Source of the DNA: Eledone cirrhosa
Taxonomy: Eukaryota
Assembly: GCA_964016885.1 (NCBI GenBank)
Contig: OZ024740.1
Location: 164,486,001-164,550,000, forward strand
Direction of reading: 5' to 3'
DNA length: 64,000 nt
The notes under the pieces are model-generated. The model did no database searches and had not been told where the DNA came from. It saw only the letters and a list, made by a program, of their open reading frames with translations. The position numbers and the translations under genes are program-made. This document shows positions 12,126 through 24,743 of this stretch, piece by piece. The first letter of the stretch is position 1; each line of letters starts with the position of its first letter.

Positions 12126-14159
12126 CCGGGCAGCTAGCGCGTGGGTCCCCATTTGATTGGGCCCACATTTTATAAGAAAAGGGAGAGATGGGAAAAGTGG
12201 GAAAGACGGAGACAATGATTGAGGGAGTTTAGTTCCATTGTGCTCGAACTTGATGTATATATTTATTTACTACACCACATATACATACAGTTAAAATAAC
12301 TGGTGAAGAAAGTTTTAACTACCAATAATAAGTACAATAAACAACATGCGTACCGAAATAGTTTTCACAGTGGAAAGCATAAAACCTATGTCCAGAGTCA
12401 CTCTGCACTGCAGATATTTCCTCTCTGAATGTAAAAGAGAACAGTATGGTCGTCGGCTAAACGGAGGCATGATATATACAGCCGGCTACCTATATAACGT
12501 ATCCAATTAGGGCTGACCTGGATATATATATAATAGAAATAACACGAACAGTGGGCAGCATAGATTAGCTGCTACGCACGACCTCTCATTAAACACCCCA
12601 CGAGATACTGGTTCTTGTTTTAATTGTAACATGACATATCCTGTGTGCAACATTTATAAGATTCTGACAAATGTTCAGTAATATAATAAACTAAGAAAAG
12701 TAGCTGGGGATACTAAAACACCAAGAGAAATAAAAGAAGATAACATCATTTGTCTACTCGTTACTTTTCCTCATAATAACTGAAAGATGTAATTTATAAA
12801 AAAATTGAAAATAAAGGTGCAAGTTCGTTCGAGCGCAACATGATTTATTTGGTGAAAATGTTATTTTTCCTCCTCTTGTCTTAACTATTTTGCTATATCT
12901 TAGGTATTTTGTTTTAATGTGTACCATAGTTCAAAGGAACGGTTCATTTTTTATGAGCGAAATGCATAGAATGGTAATATTTCGGGAGCGGAAAATACAT
13001 ATATCTTTCTTTTTTTTCTTTTTTTTTTTTTCTTGTTTCAGAGTTCAACACGTGCGAACTGTTATTTTTTCTGTTTCCGTTGTTCTGTTATTTCTTTTCT
13101 AGAAAATATAAAAATACCAGAGAAACTGCACCTAATAGAAATGTCGACATTCTTACGATACTTTACTTCAGCAACGATTCATCCATCGTTCGGAGTGAAA
13201 GAAATGAAGCTGTATTTTTCCTTTATTGCTGTGTTTGTTGATACAGAAAGGAAGTTGTATTCCCATTACCTGAAAAGGAAACCTGAATGGTATTTTGCGT
13301 GAATTTAGTGAGAGTTAATAAAGGAAATGATGGGTAAGCTAAGATATGTATTGCTACAAGAATTATAGCTAATCTTTTCACTTACTATCACGCATATGTC
13401 TATTCATTCATTTTAGAGTAAATTAAACACTATATATATATATATATATATGCGTGTTTGTGTGTGGGTGGGTGTAAATATGTATATGCATATATGAAGA
13501 TATATACGTGCACACACATACACACACATATATATGCATTTATGTATATATATATATGCGTGTGTGTGTCTGTGTGTGTGCAAATGAAAGAGGTAAAGCG
13601 TACCCGATACATATCATTGAGTACATTTGTTCATATTACTAGAAGCAGAACATCATGCATTGCTTGTTTTGAAAAGTAACTATAAATCTACCAGAAATAT
13701 TCTTAATAAATGTATATTCTGTTCTATGGAATACTATTGAATTTCTCTTGAAAGGTTAACGGTCATGTAAGAAATTTATTCTTTTCCAGAATGCCTAAAG
13801 TATTCCTCTTTCTAATGAATGCACTATGTTTTACTCAGTATGATTACTATACTTCATAATTCAATTGTGTAAATGCGATTCAAGCATTTCATTCTTATTA
13901 AATAAGTAGATAGGATTAAGTGAAAGTGAAAACAATTTTAATTAATTTAAAATTATTAGTGAACATAACATTTTTATATGTTTCTTGATATATTTAAATT
14001 CTTAAAAAACTTCTAAAATATATTTGGAACCGGGGTCAGGACATAATCCACTAATATGGAATAAAACATTGGTATGGCGTGTGGAAACCAAACTGGAGGG
14101 CTCCGCAGTAACCTACATATCCAATATAAGAAAATACTAATCGCAATATATATACAATA

Positions 14160-14300
14160 AAAGACACCAGAAGTCTCCACTGCTACGGTCTCGATCGCAA
14201 ACCTATCGGTGAGCGACAGATATTTGGAGAGTTTATCCTCCTCAGTTTGAAGAGTAACAGAGCCTAGGTTAGTCTCAGATGGCCCCAGTTTGCCGCTGTG
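14160..14300 (-). mobile_element. Small CRE-like RLE fragment
   Basis: TNLGSVTLQTEEDKLSKYLSLTDRFAIETVAVETSGV; same family as 8700-9470 and 11840-12125. Confidence 0.65.
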
Positions 14301-14563
14301 ATGACTCTCATCTTTCCGATACAAAATCTGTAAACATTATAGACCTCGGAACACTGTCATGACAGCACATAAGGATCTATAGTGTTTTGGGATATTACCA
14401 CTAGCAGCATATATTTTGAAGGGAGGTGTATTGCCTTTGAACAATCTACGTATAACTGGCCATGAGCAAGAGTTTTACTGTTCAGTTTTTGCTGTCTTCA
14501 GACGTCAGAGCATGCGTGTGTTTAGAAGTAGAGGATGTTACATGTGTCAAATATCCTTTCTAT

Positions 14564-14726
14564 GACTTTCCTGATGGACTCAGCAGTCCAGAAATATCCG
14601 TCGAAACCGCTTGAGCTCTGCCGTCGGGGTCAAACATTTTCCTATTACCCACTCTACTACCTAAGTATTGAGTACTCACTCTGGTGCTTTATGGTCCATC
14701 TGGTTCCTTACCACACTTTCTTCGTT
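14564..14726 (+). mobile_element. Hammerhead-bearing short element ending in (TA)n (family shared with 29791-29971 and 44413-44699)
   Basis: GACTTTC CTGATG...GAAA CcGC ttgagctct GCCG TC GGGGTC, followed by the shared tail tattacccactctactac..aagtattgagtact..ggtcca.ctg.ttcctt.ccaca.tt.cttcgt. Confidence 0.75.
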
Positions 14727-14782
14727 ATATATATATATTATATATATATATATATATTATATATATATATATATATTATATA

Positions 14783-14865
<83 letters not shown>

Positions 14866-14871
14866 AATATA

Positions 14872-15325
14872 TGCAAAGTTTTATTTAAATTGTTGGGTTA
14901 CAACGAGTAAATATTTATAACTGATATAAAAGCACTCAACAAGTATTTGGAGTATATTTACGATATTAAATAAATGGAAACTATATTTATAAAACCATAT
15001 TTATTTCATTATATATATTTCAGGGATATCATATTAAAAATATGGTATGCCTTCATCAGACAAAATACAATATAAACAAAATACAATATAAACAGTCTTA
15101 TAAATAGATAGATTTGACATACCTTACAACTTCAACTTCCAATGGAAGTTGAAGTTGTAAGGTATGTCAAATCTATCTATTTATAAGACTGTTTATATTG
15201 TATTTTGTTTATATTGTATTTTGTCTGATGAAGGCATACCATATTTTTAATATGATATCCCTGAAATATATATAATGAAATAAATATGGTTTTATAAATA
15301 TAGTTTCCATTTATTTAATATCGTA
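14872..15325. mobile_element. Fold-back mini-element: perfect 183-bp inverted arms 14959-15141 / 15143-15325 with a 1-nt spacer, tail 14872-14958
   Basis: Centre ...caacttcca A tggaagttg...; arms match end to end by eye; (TA)n on both sides. Confidence 0.85.
15217..15282 (+). ncRNA. Minimal type I hammerhead motif (mirror copy on the minus strand at about 15002-15067)
   Basis: TATTTTGT CTGATGA AGGcATAcCATATT ttt AATATGATATCCCT GAAA TATATA TA ATGAAATA. Palindromic stem III; stem I has two GU pairs. Confidence 0.65.
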
Positions 15326-15783
15326 TATATAAATATATATATATATGTGTGTGAGAGAGAGCCTGGGTTCAATCGGGGGTAATGTAGAAGCCATATATAT
15401 ATGTAGTGGGGTGGGAGGTGGGGGTATATATATATGTGTGAGGGCGTGTGTGTGTGTGTATGTGAGTATTTACAAAAATATTACTTTGTAGGATTTTATT
15501 TTCATATTATTTTGCATTTTCCACATTCATGTTCGTGAGTTTAATTTATTACAGACTTAGTTGGTAATTGTGAAGCGTGCACAATAATTCAATGTCAGAC
15601 AAATCTGTCACGCCAAACTTCTGATCATTCAGAACTGTGTGTAGGTTTTCAGTGAACCGGTTTTCATGTCTTTTTGTTATCATATAACTGAATAGTTCAC
15701 TGGAGAAAATATCGGCTAACATTATAGTAGAAGACGAGGACGACGACGAAAAAGGCGGCGGCGAAGAGGAAGAGGAAGAAGAA

Positions 15784-15786
<3 letters not shown>

Positions 15787-15838
<52 letters not shown>
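15787..15838. repeat. (AAT)n microsatellite (further (AAT)n tracts at 16217-16240, 21983-22003 and 22754-22768)
   Basis: Direct inspection; these tracts delimit the three LINE copies. Confidence 0.95.
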
Positions 15839-15840
<2 letters not shown>

Positions 15841-16216
15841 TTTCTTTATTAACCACAAGGGTTTACATAAAGTAGACATTAAGGACAGTGCAGGACAATA
15901 CAGGACGGTACAAATGGGCATTTCTACGTGTAAAAAAACAAAAACAGAGGATGTAACAAAAGAATAACTATGAAAAATTCCCCAATAGGGGACTTCGGAG
16001 GTACTTTTGTGGAGAAAGCCCAGTAAAAGGCCACAGTGACCCTGACGACCAAGGCAAGTGCCCTCTCCCAGTTTTCCACCTTTAATTTACAGATACATAC
16101 TCAGAGTAGGCCCATTCACTCGGGCCATTCTTGCTTCTCTCACCCATCTTTCAACAAAATGCTGGGAAGAGAGCACTTCCCTCTCTACTCTGATTTTCCT
16201 TTTCAAATGAAATTTG
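15839..16216 (-). mobile_element. 5'-truncated copy (3' end only) of the adjacent Tx1-like LINE
   Basis: Close but non-identical duplicate of 16241-16620; encodes FKFHLKRKIRVEREVLSSQHFVERWV...; AATAAA before the (ATT)n. Confidence 0.9.
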
Positions 16217-16490
16217 AATAATAATAATAATAATAATAATGCTTTCTTTATTAACCACAAGGGTTTACATAAAGTAGACATTAAGGACAGTACAGGACAA
16301 TACAGGGCGGTACAAATGGGCATTTCTGCGTGTAAGAAACAAGAAACAGAGGATGTAATAATAGAACAATGAAAAAATTCCCCAATAGGGGGGAGTCTTC
16401 CGAGGGACATTCGTGGAGAAAGCCCATTAAAAAGCCACAGTGACCCTGACCACCAGGGCAAGTGCCCTCTCCCAGTTTTCCACCTTTAAT

Positions 16491-19400
16491 TTACAGACAC
16501 ATACTCAGAGTAGGCCCATTCACTCGGGCCATTCTTGCCTCTCTCACCCATCTTTCTACAAAATGCTGGGAAGAGAGCACTTCCCTTTCTACCCTGATTT
16601 TCCTTTTTAAATGAAATTTGAAAAAGTTAACAAGGGCATCACCGAAGAGGTAAGTGCTCGTCTTCAGCCCTTTCAAACGTGTCCACCATACTATCTTTTT
16701 CGCCATGGCCACCAGCTAAAGGAAGAGGGCGGGGCAATCCTCAAGATGGACTCAGCTGATAGCTGGATCCGTCCTACACGCGACAACAGGTGTTCGACAT
16801 AAACCCACAAGTCAGCAATGCTCGGACACTGGACGAGTGCGTGCAGGACGGTTTCGTCGCCCTGCGCGCATCTCGGACATGCCCGGCTGACGGCACCTTC
16901 ATGCCTGTAGAGTTTATCCCGAACTGGCAAAGCTCCTCGGTAGCACTGCCAGGCCAGGGATTTCTGGAAGTTGCCCATAGGCCCCGGCCCCAAAGTTCTT
17001 CCGAGGAGATTGGCTAGTTGATTTTCGTCGACGCCTAGAGTTTCCCCAAGTACGTTGTCGCTCTTCCCCTCCACTAATCCTCTATAGAACGCCAAGGTAG
17101 AGTTTCCACCGATCACATTGCCCGATTGGTCGAGGGCTGTGAGCACCTGAAGACATTCCAGTCTCCAAGCGCTCCCTCTCGGTCTTCGCTTGACCCAGGA
17201 CTGCAGCTCCGTCAAGGAGACGAGCTGGGGAAAGACGCGTCTAGCAAACGACGACCACACCTGATCACCGTCGAGGAAGAAGTGGAGATTCCGTAGCCTG
17301 AGCGCGTGTCTGCGCATCATCACCCACGGCATTCCCAGCCCTCCACGCAGCGGGTGTTGACAGCAGATGGACCGCTTGGCCATCGGAGCGCGTTCCTTCC
17401 ACAAAAAGCGAAAGAGAAAATGCTCCAGCGCAGTCAGGCGGGGCTTAGGACAAGGTACGACGGTCAGGCGGTAGTAGATGACGGACGCGATATACGCGTT
17501 AGCCACCCCCACTCGGCCTTTCAGGGATAGCTTCTTCTCGGCCCATTTCTGGGTGAGAGAAGCCACCCTGCTCGTCACCTCGTCCCAGTTTTTGTCCGTC
17601 TGGAGATGCGGACCGAACCAGACCCCGAGCAATTTAACAGGACCGTCCGTCCAGCGCCCGACGACGCTGTTGGACGGCATGGACCTGCCTCTCCAGGTGC
17701 CGAGCTGCAGGTCCATTGACTTTTCCTGGTTGATCATTGCTCCTGTCACCGCTTCGTATTCTCTTAGTGTAGTGCCGATCGCCTCGATGTGTTTGGCGTT
17801 CGACACCACTACGGTGACATCGTCCGCATATGCTGACACGGATCTTCCGCATCCTAGTTCGCGTGGGACCCCCCTCAACGTCTCCAGTTTGTGCAGTAAT
17901 GGCTCGAGAGTCAATACGTACAAGAGGGACGAGAGGGGACATCATTGGCGGACCGAGCGCATGATGTTGAACGGTTCCGAAAGGTGACCGTTCACTCTCA
18001 CCACAGAGCAGATGTCGCTGTGCATGGCAGCGATCCAGCCACTGAAGACGGGCCCAAAGCCAGCCGCCCTCAGGACTGCCGCTAGGTAACGATGGTCGAC
18101 CCTATCGAAAGCTTTCGACTGATCTAAATTGATAAAGGACCCACCCGTGACAGGTTCCCTAGCTACCCTCTCTACGATGTATCGCATGAGGTGGAGGTTG
18201 TCGTGGATGGATCTGTCGGGAATGGCGCATGTCTGCGCATCTCCCACCAGACCACCAACGACAAGCGCCAACCTCTTTGCTAGCACCTTGGCCAAAATCT
18301 TGAACTCTGTGTTTAGCAGGGTTATGGGCCTAAAATTATCTATGTTATCCACCTTGTTTGGATCCATTCTCAGCAGCCGCCACAGCAACTCAGCTCACAG
18401 AGCTGGGAATTCTCCCATTCTGTTGCCAGTTGCAGTAGACGTCCGCCAAGTGGCCTCCGAACAAATCTGGCATCTGTACGTAAAGTTCATAGGGCAGACC
18501 ATCCACACCAGGCGATTTACCCCTTGTGCAGCTAGTCATTGCCTCCCGTACTTCAGCGGCTGTTATTGGCTTTTCGCAACACTCCACCTCAGTGGCCGAG
18601 AGCCGCGGCAGTCCGTCGAGGTAGACACTAAAGTCCATCCCTCGATCCGGCCCGCGGCTTCCCCCGAACAACTGAGTGAAGTGTCGCTGAAAAGCTTCAC
18701 ACGTTTGCCCGGGGTCGAATAGCATGCGCTCGTCGTGGTCCACCAGAGACCGAATCGTGGCATTGTTGCCACGACGCGCCTCCGCCACTGGGGCCCATTG
18801 AACGGCTTTCCTCCCCTCGTGTCTGAGAGCACGCACCCTAGCTCTGACAACGCAGCCTTCGTGCTTTGTATTGAAGAATTGGTCAAGGGTCAATTTCGCC
18901 GCAAGTACGTCGGTCGCGATGCCTTTGCTAAGCGCCTCGTCTAATTTTCTAACTAATTCTCCCTCTGCTCTATTTTTCTCTATTGCTAAAGCCTTACTAA
19001 ACCTAATGGACTCTATTCTAATTGCTCTTTTCAGAGAAAACCACCACTTGTTGTTGACGATGGCCCCCGTCAACGCCCGCTTAACTAGTTCGCTAATCTG
19101 GTCTCTGTAGGCCTTGCGCGCTGGTAAGGACGCGTTCAGCTTCCAGTAGCCGGAATTTGTGGTCCGTGCAGTTGACTATCTTGAATTGTGGACAGCCTAT
19201 GCTAGACCTATCTATTTCTCTACAAAATACTCCATCTAGATATGATCTGGATGACCCTATGCGATTTGTCCAAGTCCACATTGGCACATTCGGGAAATCC
19301 AATCGGTACCTGTCAGACAGTTCAAAACGCCTGAGCAGGTTGGTGAGGCTCTTGTACCCTCCTCCCCTATCCGCTAATCCCACACAGTCCCAGCGTGCAT

Positions 19401-19839
19401 CTAAGATCCCGTTCCAGTCGCCCACTAACACTAAAGAGCGGGACGTTCCAAGAAAGGTCTCCAGACGCCGGAAGAAATCAGGCCGCCCTGCTCCTGTCGG
19501 GGCATAGACGGCCACTAGCCTGAAAGCTTGCCTGTCTCGGCTGGTCACGTCTAGCACCACCAACTTACCTTCTGGTTCCAGGAAGATGGCCCGTATGGCG
19601 AGATCCAAACCTCTCCGAAAAAGCACAGCAACTCCTCCCCCCGATCCCGGACGGCTGGGAGATGCGTACACATCGAAGCCGCCGAAGATCGGTGCAAAGG
19701 CCCAGGCTTCGGAGATTCTGGTCTCGCTGATGGCCACTACATCTATGTTTAGTGACCTGAGGTCGTTGAGCAGGTGGCCCTGCTTCCGTGACGATCCCAA
19801 GCCACGCGCATTTATGCTGCCTATTCTCAGTGAGGTCAT
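16491..19839 (-). pseudogene. ORF2: AP endonuclease, reverse transcriptase and zf-RVT-like domain, with stops and frameshifts
   Basis: IGSINARGL, AISETR, AVYAP, LVGDWN, SYLD, TDHK; GKSPGVDGLPYE; NFRPITLLN; LDQSKAFDRVDH; SVRQ*CPLS; SAYADDVTV; LLGVWFG; CPRC...ETVLHAL..CP. Confidence 0.92.
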
Positions 19840-19878
19840 GTTGAAATGGAGTGGAAAAGATGGGAAAGACCACTTACC

Positions 19879-21767
19879 TTACTTCTCGTAGAGGAAGGAT
19901 GGTTTGTCCATCCTTTTCACTGCTTGTGGCCTCCTCCGGAAGGATGTCCTTATAAATCCTCCTGGAGAATGTTTGTCGGAAGTCTCCGATGTCTTTGGGG
20001 AATTTTTGTTTAAGTGTCGTGTACGTTTTCTGTGTGATGCGAGTGATTTGTATGTGTGGAAGTGGTGTGAACTTTTGGGTTGTTGTGTAGTCTTTTCTGT
20101 GATGCTGGTTTTGTGTTGCATGTAGTGTAATAATTGGTTGTTGTTCAACTTTAATGCTGTGTAGTGTGTATCGTTTTGGTTGTTTTGTTTTGTTTGCGTT
20201 TGTTGTGGGTTTGTTTCTGTTACGCTTTTTGGTGACTTTTGTGGTGTTGGTGATGGTGGTGTTGGGGTTAATGATAGTGATGGGGTCGGTGATGCTGGTG
20301 TGGATGGTGTCATATCACCTAACTTTTTTGTTTGATAATTTATTTGTTTCCCTCTGTATTTTGTTTTGGAGGGTGAAGGAAGAGAATTTTTTCTTTTTTG
20401 GTTTCTTTTTTTCTTTTTTCCTGATACCGTTTCCGACTCCTCGTCGTCACAATCTGTCTCCAGTTGCGATAAGCCGGTGAGTGGAAAATCCTCCACAGGC
20501 GTTGGTTTTGGTTGTGGCGTGGTGGATTGTGTAGGCGCTGGTGCTAGTTCTGGTGCGTTGGGTGGTGGTGGTGTTGGTTTTGCTACTGTTGCTGGGGTTG
20601 TTGCTGTTACAGTTGCTTCTGTTGTTGCTGCTACAGTTGTTGCTGCCATTTCTGCTGCTGGTGGTGTTGATGGTTGAGTCACTGGGGTGGGTAAGAGAGG
20701 TGGACTCAACCTTTTAGCCTGAGGGCAGAAAGCCCTTAGGTGGGTTCCTTCACCACAAACGACACACCTAGGCCTTCTGCCCTCGACGATTACGGTGAGG
20801 TGGCTGCCGTCAGTGAGGTCTATTACCTCTGGGATCTCCTCAATGCTTTTTTGGTCCACTTAGATCAGGAGCTCCATCCCAGAATCGGACCAGTTCTCCT
20901 GCTTTTCTTTCGCTATTTCAATTAGGTTGGTGTTGGCCTTGATGCCGGCGAGGACGGCAGCCATTAGCAGGGAATTTCGATGGCCGGTGGAACGTGGGTC
21001 ACCCTGATCTTCACAAGTCTCTGGCCACAATAGCTTGGGACGAGTGTGAAGGGGTCACTTCTTCATGGGGCCATGGAGTGTTCTCTGGCCTCCTGTGGTG
21101 TTTCGAAGAACACGTTCACGGTTCCATATTTCTGCCCACGTCTGATGTGGTTTTTTTTTGCTCACAAATGTCGCAAAGCTTTTTGGATTTGGTACTCGGA
21201 TGCCCGTTCCACTCGGCGCAATTTTATGTTAATTGTCCGATAAGACACGGTGCATAGGCGACGATGCTCCATTTTATTAGGTGGGGAGTGAGGCTGACCC
21301 TATACGCATCTTTCTTTACCATTCCTTTGGCTTCTTCTAATTCCTCCTGAGTTACCTGGATCGCTTCGCACGTTTTAGCTACTCTGGCAAAACTCAGGGT
21401 AGTTTTCTTAATTTCATTGTTGCTGTTGTTGTTATCGTTATTTATGTTATTGTTAATTTAATTTCAGTTGTGGTGGTGGTGGCGTCAGTGGTGTTCGGTG
21501 TGGAAGAGTTCATTTTGGTTGAATTCATTTGGATATCACGAGTTAATTTATTTTTTCTTTTGTTTCTGTTGTCGCTGTGGTGGTGGGGGTGGCGGCATTA
21601 ACACCTGCAGTCATTGGTAATGGCGGGAAATGAACGTCTGCCTGAGACAAATTTAAAATATTGCTACTGCTTACATTTCCAGTGTTGGCAAACGTAGCAA
21701 TATTTACAATGGTGGTGTCGGTGTGAGGTGTTAGATTGTGAGGAAGGAGTAACTCTGAGTCATCCAT
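19879..21767 (-). pseudogene. ORF1 (gag-like nucleic-acid-binding protein), disrupted
   Basis: VIVEGRRPRCVVCGEGTHLRAFCP (CX2CX4HX4C), followed by a Pro/Thr-rich and basic region. Probable start M at 21767. Confidence 0.75.
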
Positions 21768-22003
21768 GATTTTTCAAAGAAAAACTTTTGTTTGATAATT
21801 ATAAAAAGTTTAAATTTTGGGCTCAAGGCTCCAATATTTTTGAGTGTCCTTTTCAGAAACCAATGTATGTGCACTTATATACAGTTAACAATAAAAGTTT
21901 TCCATAAATGGCAATTTTAAACAACTGAAAATAACAAACCTTTGCGGAGCTCACGATGATACGATTTACTACGTAGGTCGCCAATAATAATAATAATAAT
22001 AAT

Positions 22004-22740
22004 GATATCATTTATTAGCCACAAGGGCCGACATGTAGGGGCAATACAAAGACAGGGACAGTGGGGGTTTACAATAAGGTCGAGTAAAAGTGCCCAATGG
22101 CAAGACTAATTTAACAATGAAAATATAAAAATATAAAATAAACTATGCATAAATATAACAAAATAAATTCCCCGATAGGGGGTGGGCGACCCTGGGGTGA
22201 CTCGGGTACCCCACCAATCCTGAACCACCCTGCGCTTCTAGGGCACCCAGGGAGAGCACCCCTCCCCTCAAGTTAGCTAGCCTATAGGCGCATGGTCAGA
22301 GTAGGCCCATTCACACGAGCCATTCTCGCCACATTCACCCACCTTTTAGCAAATGTACTGGGGGCAAGCACTTCTCTCTCCACCCTCATCTCCCTTTCCA
22401 GGTGAAACTTGAAGAAGTTGATAAGGGATTGGCCGAAGAGAAAAGTGTCTGTCTTCAGTCCTTTTAACCTGGTCCACTATACAACCTCTTTTGCAACTGC
22501 CACCAGACAGAGGAAAATTTCCTGCTCTTCCTGACCTAAGGAAGGCGGTGGATCGACGTTCACTATGGACTTGGCGATAGCCGGATTCGTTCCACACGCG
22601 AGAGTAGCTGTTCGACATAACTCAACAAGTCAGTAATGCACGGACATTGGACAAATGCGTGCAGAACGGTTTCGTCGTTCTGTGCGCATCTTGGGCAGGT
22701 CCATCTGACAGCACTTCTGTGCCTGTAGAGTTTATCCCGA
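22004..22740 (-). mobile_element. 5'-truncated 3' fragment of a related but distinct Tx1-like subfamily
   Basis: Diverged match to 16241-16925 (gtagagtttatcccga, agagtaggcccattcac, ccacaaggg); bounded by (AAT)n. Confidence 0.85.
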
Positions 22741-22770
22741 CCCCTCCCCCCCTAATAATAATAATAATAT

Positions 22771-22875
22771 GAAGAAGAAGAAGAAGAAGAAGAAGAAGAA
22801 GAAGAAGAAGAAGAAGAAGAAGAAGAAGAAGAAGAAGAAGAAGAAGAAGAAGACGACGACGACGACGACGACGAT
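22771..22875. repeat. (GAA)n-(GAC)n compound microsatellite
   Basis: Direct inspection. Confidence 0.95.
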
Positions 22876-23478
22876 GAAGAAGTAGTAGACGATCATGAAA
22901 AGGAAGAAGAAGAAAGAGGAGGGGGAGGGGGATTAGGTCGAAGAAAACAACTGAACAACAACACACATAAAAAGATAAGAGCAACACCAACCCTTAACAA
23001 CAACCCACACAGCAACGGCAGCAGTAGGAATAAAAATAATTACCAATATAACGAATATAACGAATATATCAATAAAAAGAATATCTGTAGTGAGATTGCG
23101 TTAAATTATAAAGCAGTAATGTTATTTGTTCACAGTATGATATCATACAGCTGAATTTTTTCATTAACTACATAGAGAATATGTATGTGTGCGGCTGTGT
23201 ATGGGTATGTGTGCGTGTTGGTATAGATGTGTGTGTTTGTACGCGTACTCAAATGCAGATGTTACGAACATGCATACATAGATAGATTGATTGTATTTAA
23301 AAATTAAATATTTACATGTATTTATTCAACCATATAGCTCGCCAACGCAAACACAACGCATGTAGATACACGTATTTATGTATGTATGTAAGTTTGTATG
23401 TATGTATATACGTATGTATGTTTGTGTATATATCTATCTATAACTATTTATGCATGCATGCATGTTTATACATGTCTA

Positions 23479-23549
<71 letters not shown>

Positions 23550-23551
<2 letters not shown>

Positions 23552-23716
23552 AAGGCGGGTAAAATTCCCGAGATCCATGGACGAGTTCTCTCCAGCGGTC
23601 TCTGTCCCTCATTATCGCTGCCATATCCTAATGGTTGATGCCCTAAGGACAGACACTGGTCTGTTGGAGATGCAGGATATGGCAGCGATAATGAGGGACA
23701 GAGACCGCTGGAGAAA
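23550..23716. mobile_element. RTE-type LINE 3' end with a 41-bp perfect inverted duplication, in (TA)n
   Basis: VDALRTDTGL..MQDMAAIMRDRDRWR is an RTE C-terminus. Arms 23589-23629 / 23674-23714. Confidence 0.7.
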
Positions 23717-23758
23717 ATATATATATATAAATATAGTATATATTGTTTATATGTATAT

Positions 23759-23845
<87 letters not shown>

Positions 23846-24227
23846 CACGAAATCATATAGATATATAGATATACATACATATTGCGTGTGTTTGTGTACA
23901 TTACTCCCTGCCTAGGTTTGTTTTATAAATGTTTATTCAAGTCTTTTAGAGACTCATGGATCCGTAAAATGGTAAATATTGGGGTAGTAATCCAAATATG
24001 AATATACAATACCCCGAATAACCCCACCATGGTTTCGTCGCACATGTCTCTGGAACGATTTTCTTACCCCATGTATAGAAATTTATTAAAGTGGTGATTG
24101 TTTCATATATGTGCACTCGCACCAGCACACCAGTAACAATTTCTGCATACTCTGTGCATACATGTAAATATGGTTCGATTTTGAAATAGAAAAAATCAAT
24201 CAGCTTTTGTAAAACACGCCCACACAC

Positions 24228-24315
<88 letters not shown>

Positions 24316-24482
24316 CATATATATATATATATTGTTATACTTCGTGAGGGTCATGGTTGGTTTTGTTTTACACTTCTGCATCTTTTATATCTCCATAGTT
24401 ATTTCATTTGGCCATCAATGTTTATCACCGACTGACAAACGGTCAAAATTACAGATATAAATATATATATATATATAGTCTA

Positions 24483-24523
24483 ACCAAGTTCTTTCGTTGC
24501 ACATCTGCAACATCATCAGTGGT
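24483..24523 (-). ncRNA. Minimal hammerhead-like motif next to (TA)n
   Basis: ACCA CTGATGA t GTTGCA gatg TGCAAC GAAA gaact TGGT. Stems I and II perfect; cleavage triplet ambiguous. Confidence 0.55.
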
Positions 24524-24681
24524 ACTATTATCATGTTGCCCTCTAGTGCATTGTATTGTAATATCTACGCCATTTTTTTTTGATTTTATTTTAGAGATAA
24601 AATAAAAATGGCGTAGACACGATTTCATATCAAAAACCTCGCAAAACAAATACACACCCACACATACACACACACACACTC

Positions 24682-24743
<62 letters not shown>

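Larger units (their letters stand above)
16241..21982 (-). mobile_element. Near full-length Tx1/L1-clade non-LTR retrotransposon, inactivated, flanked by (AAT)n
   Basis: ORF1 with a CCHC knuckle, ORF2 with APE, RT and a C-terminal Cys-rich domain, 3' UTR with AATAAA. Both ends abut (AAT)n. Confidence 0.93.

Noticed and set aside
16790-21257. Plus-strand ORFs overlapping the LINE
   Set aside because: Antisense shadows of GC-rich ORF1/ORF2 with no independent motifs.
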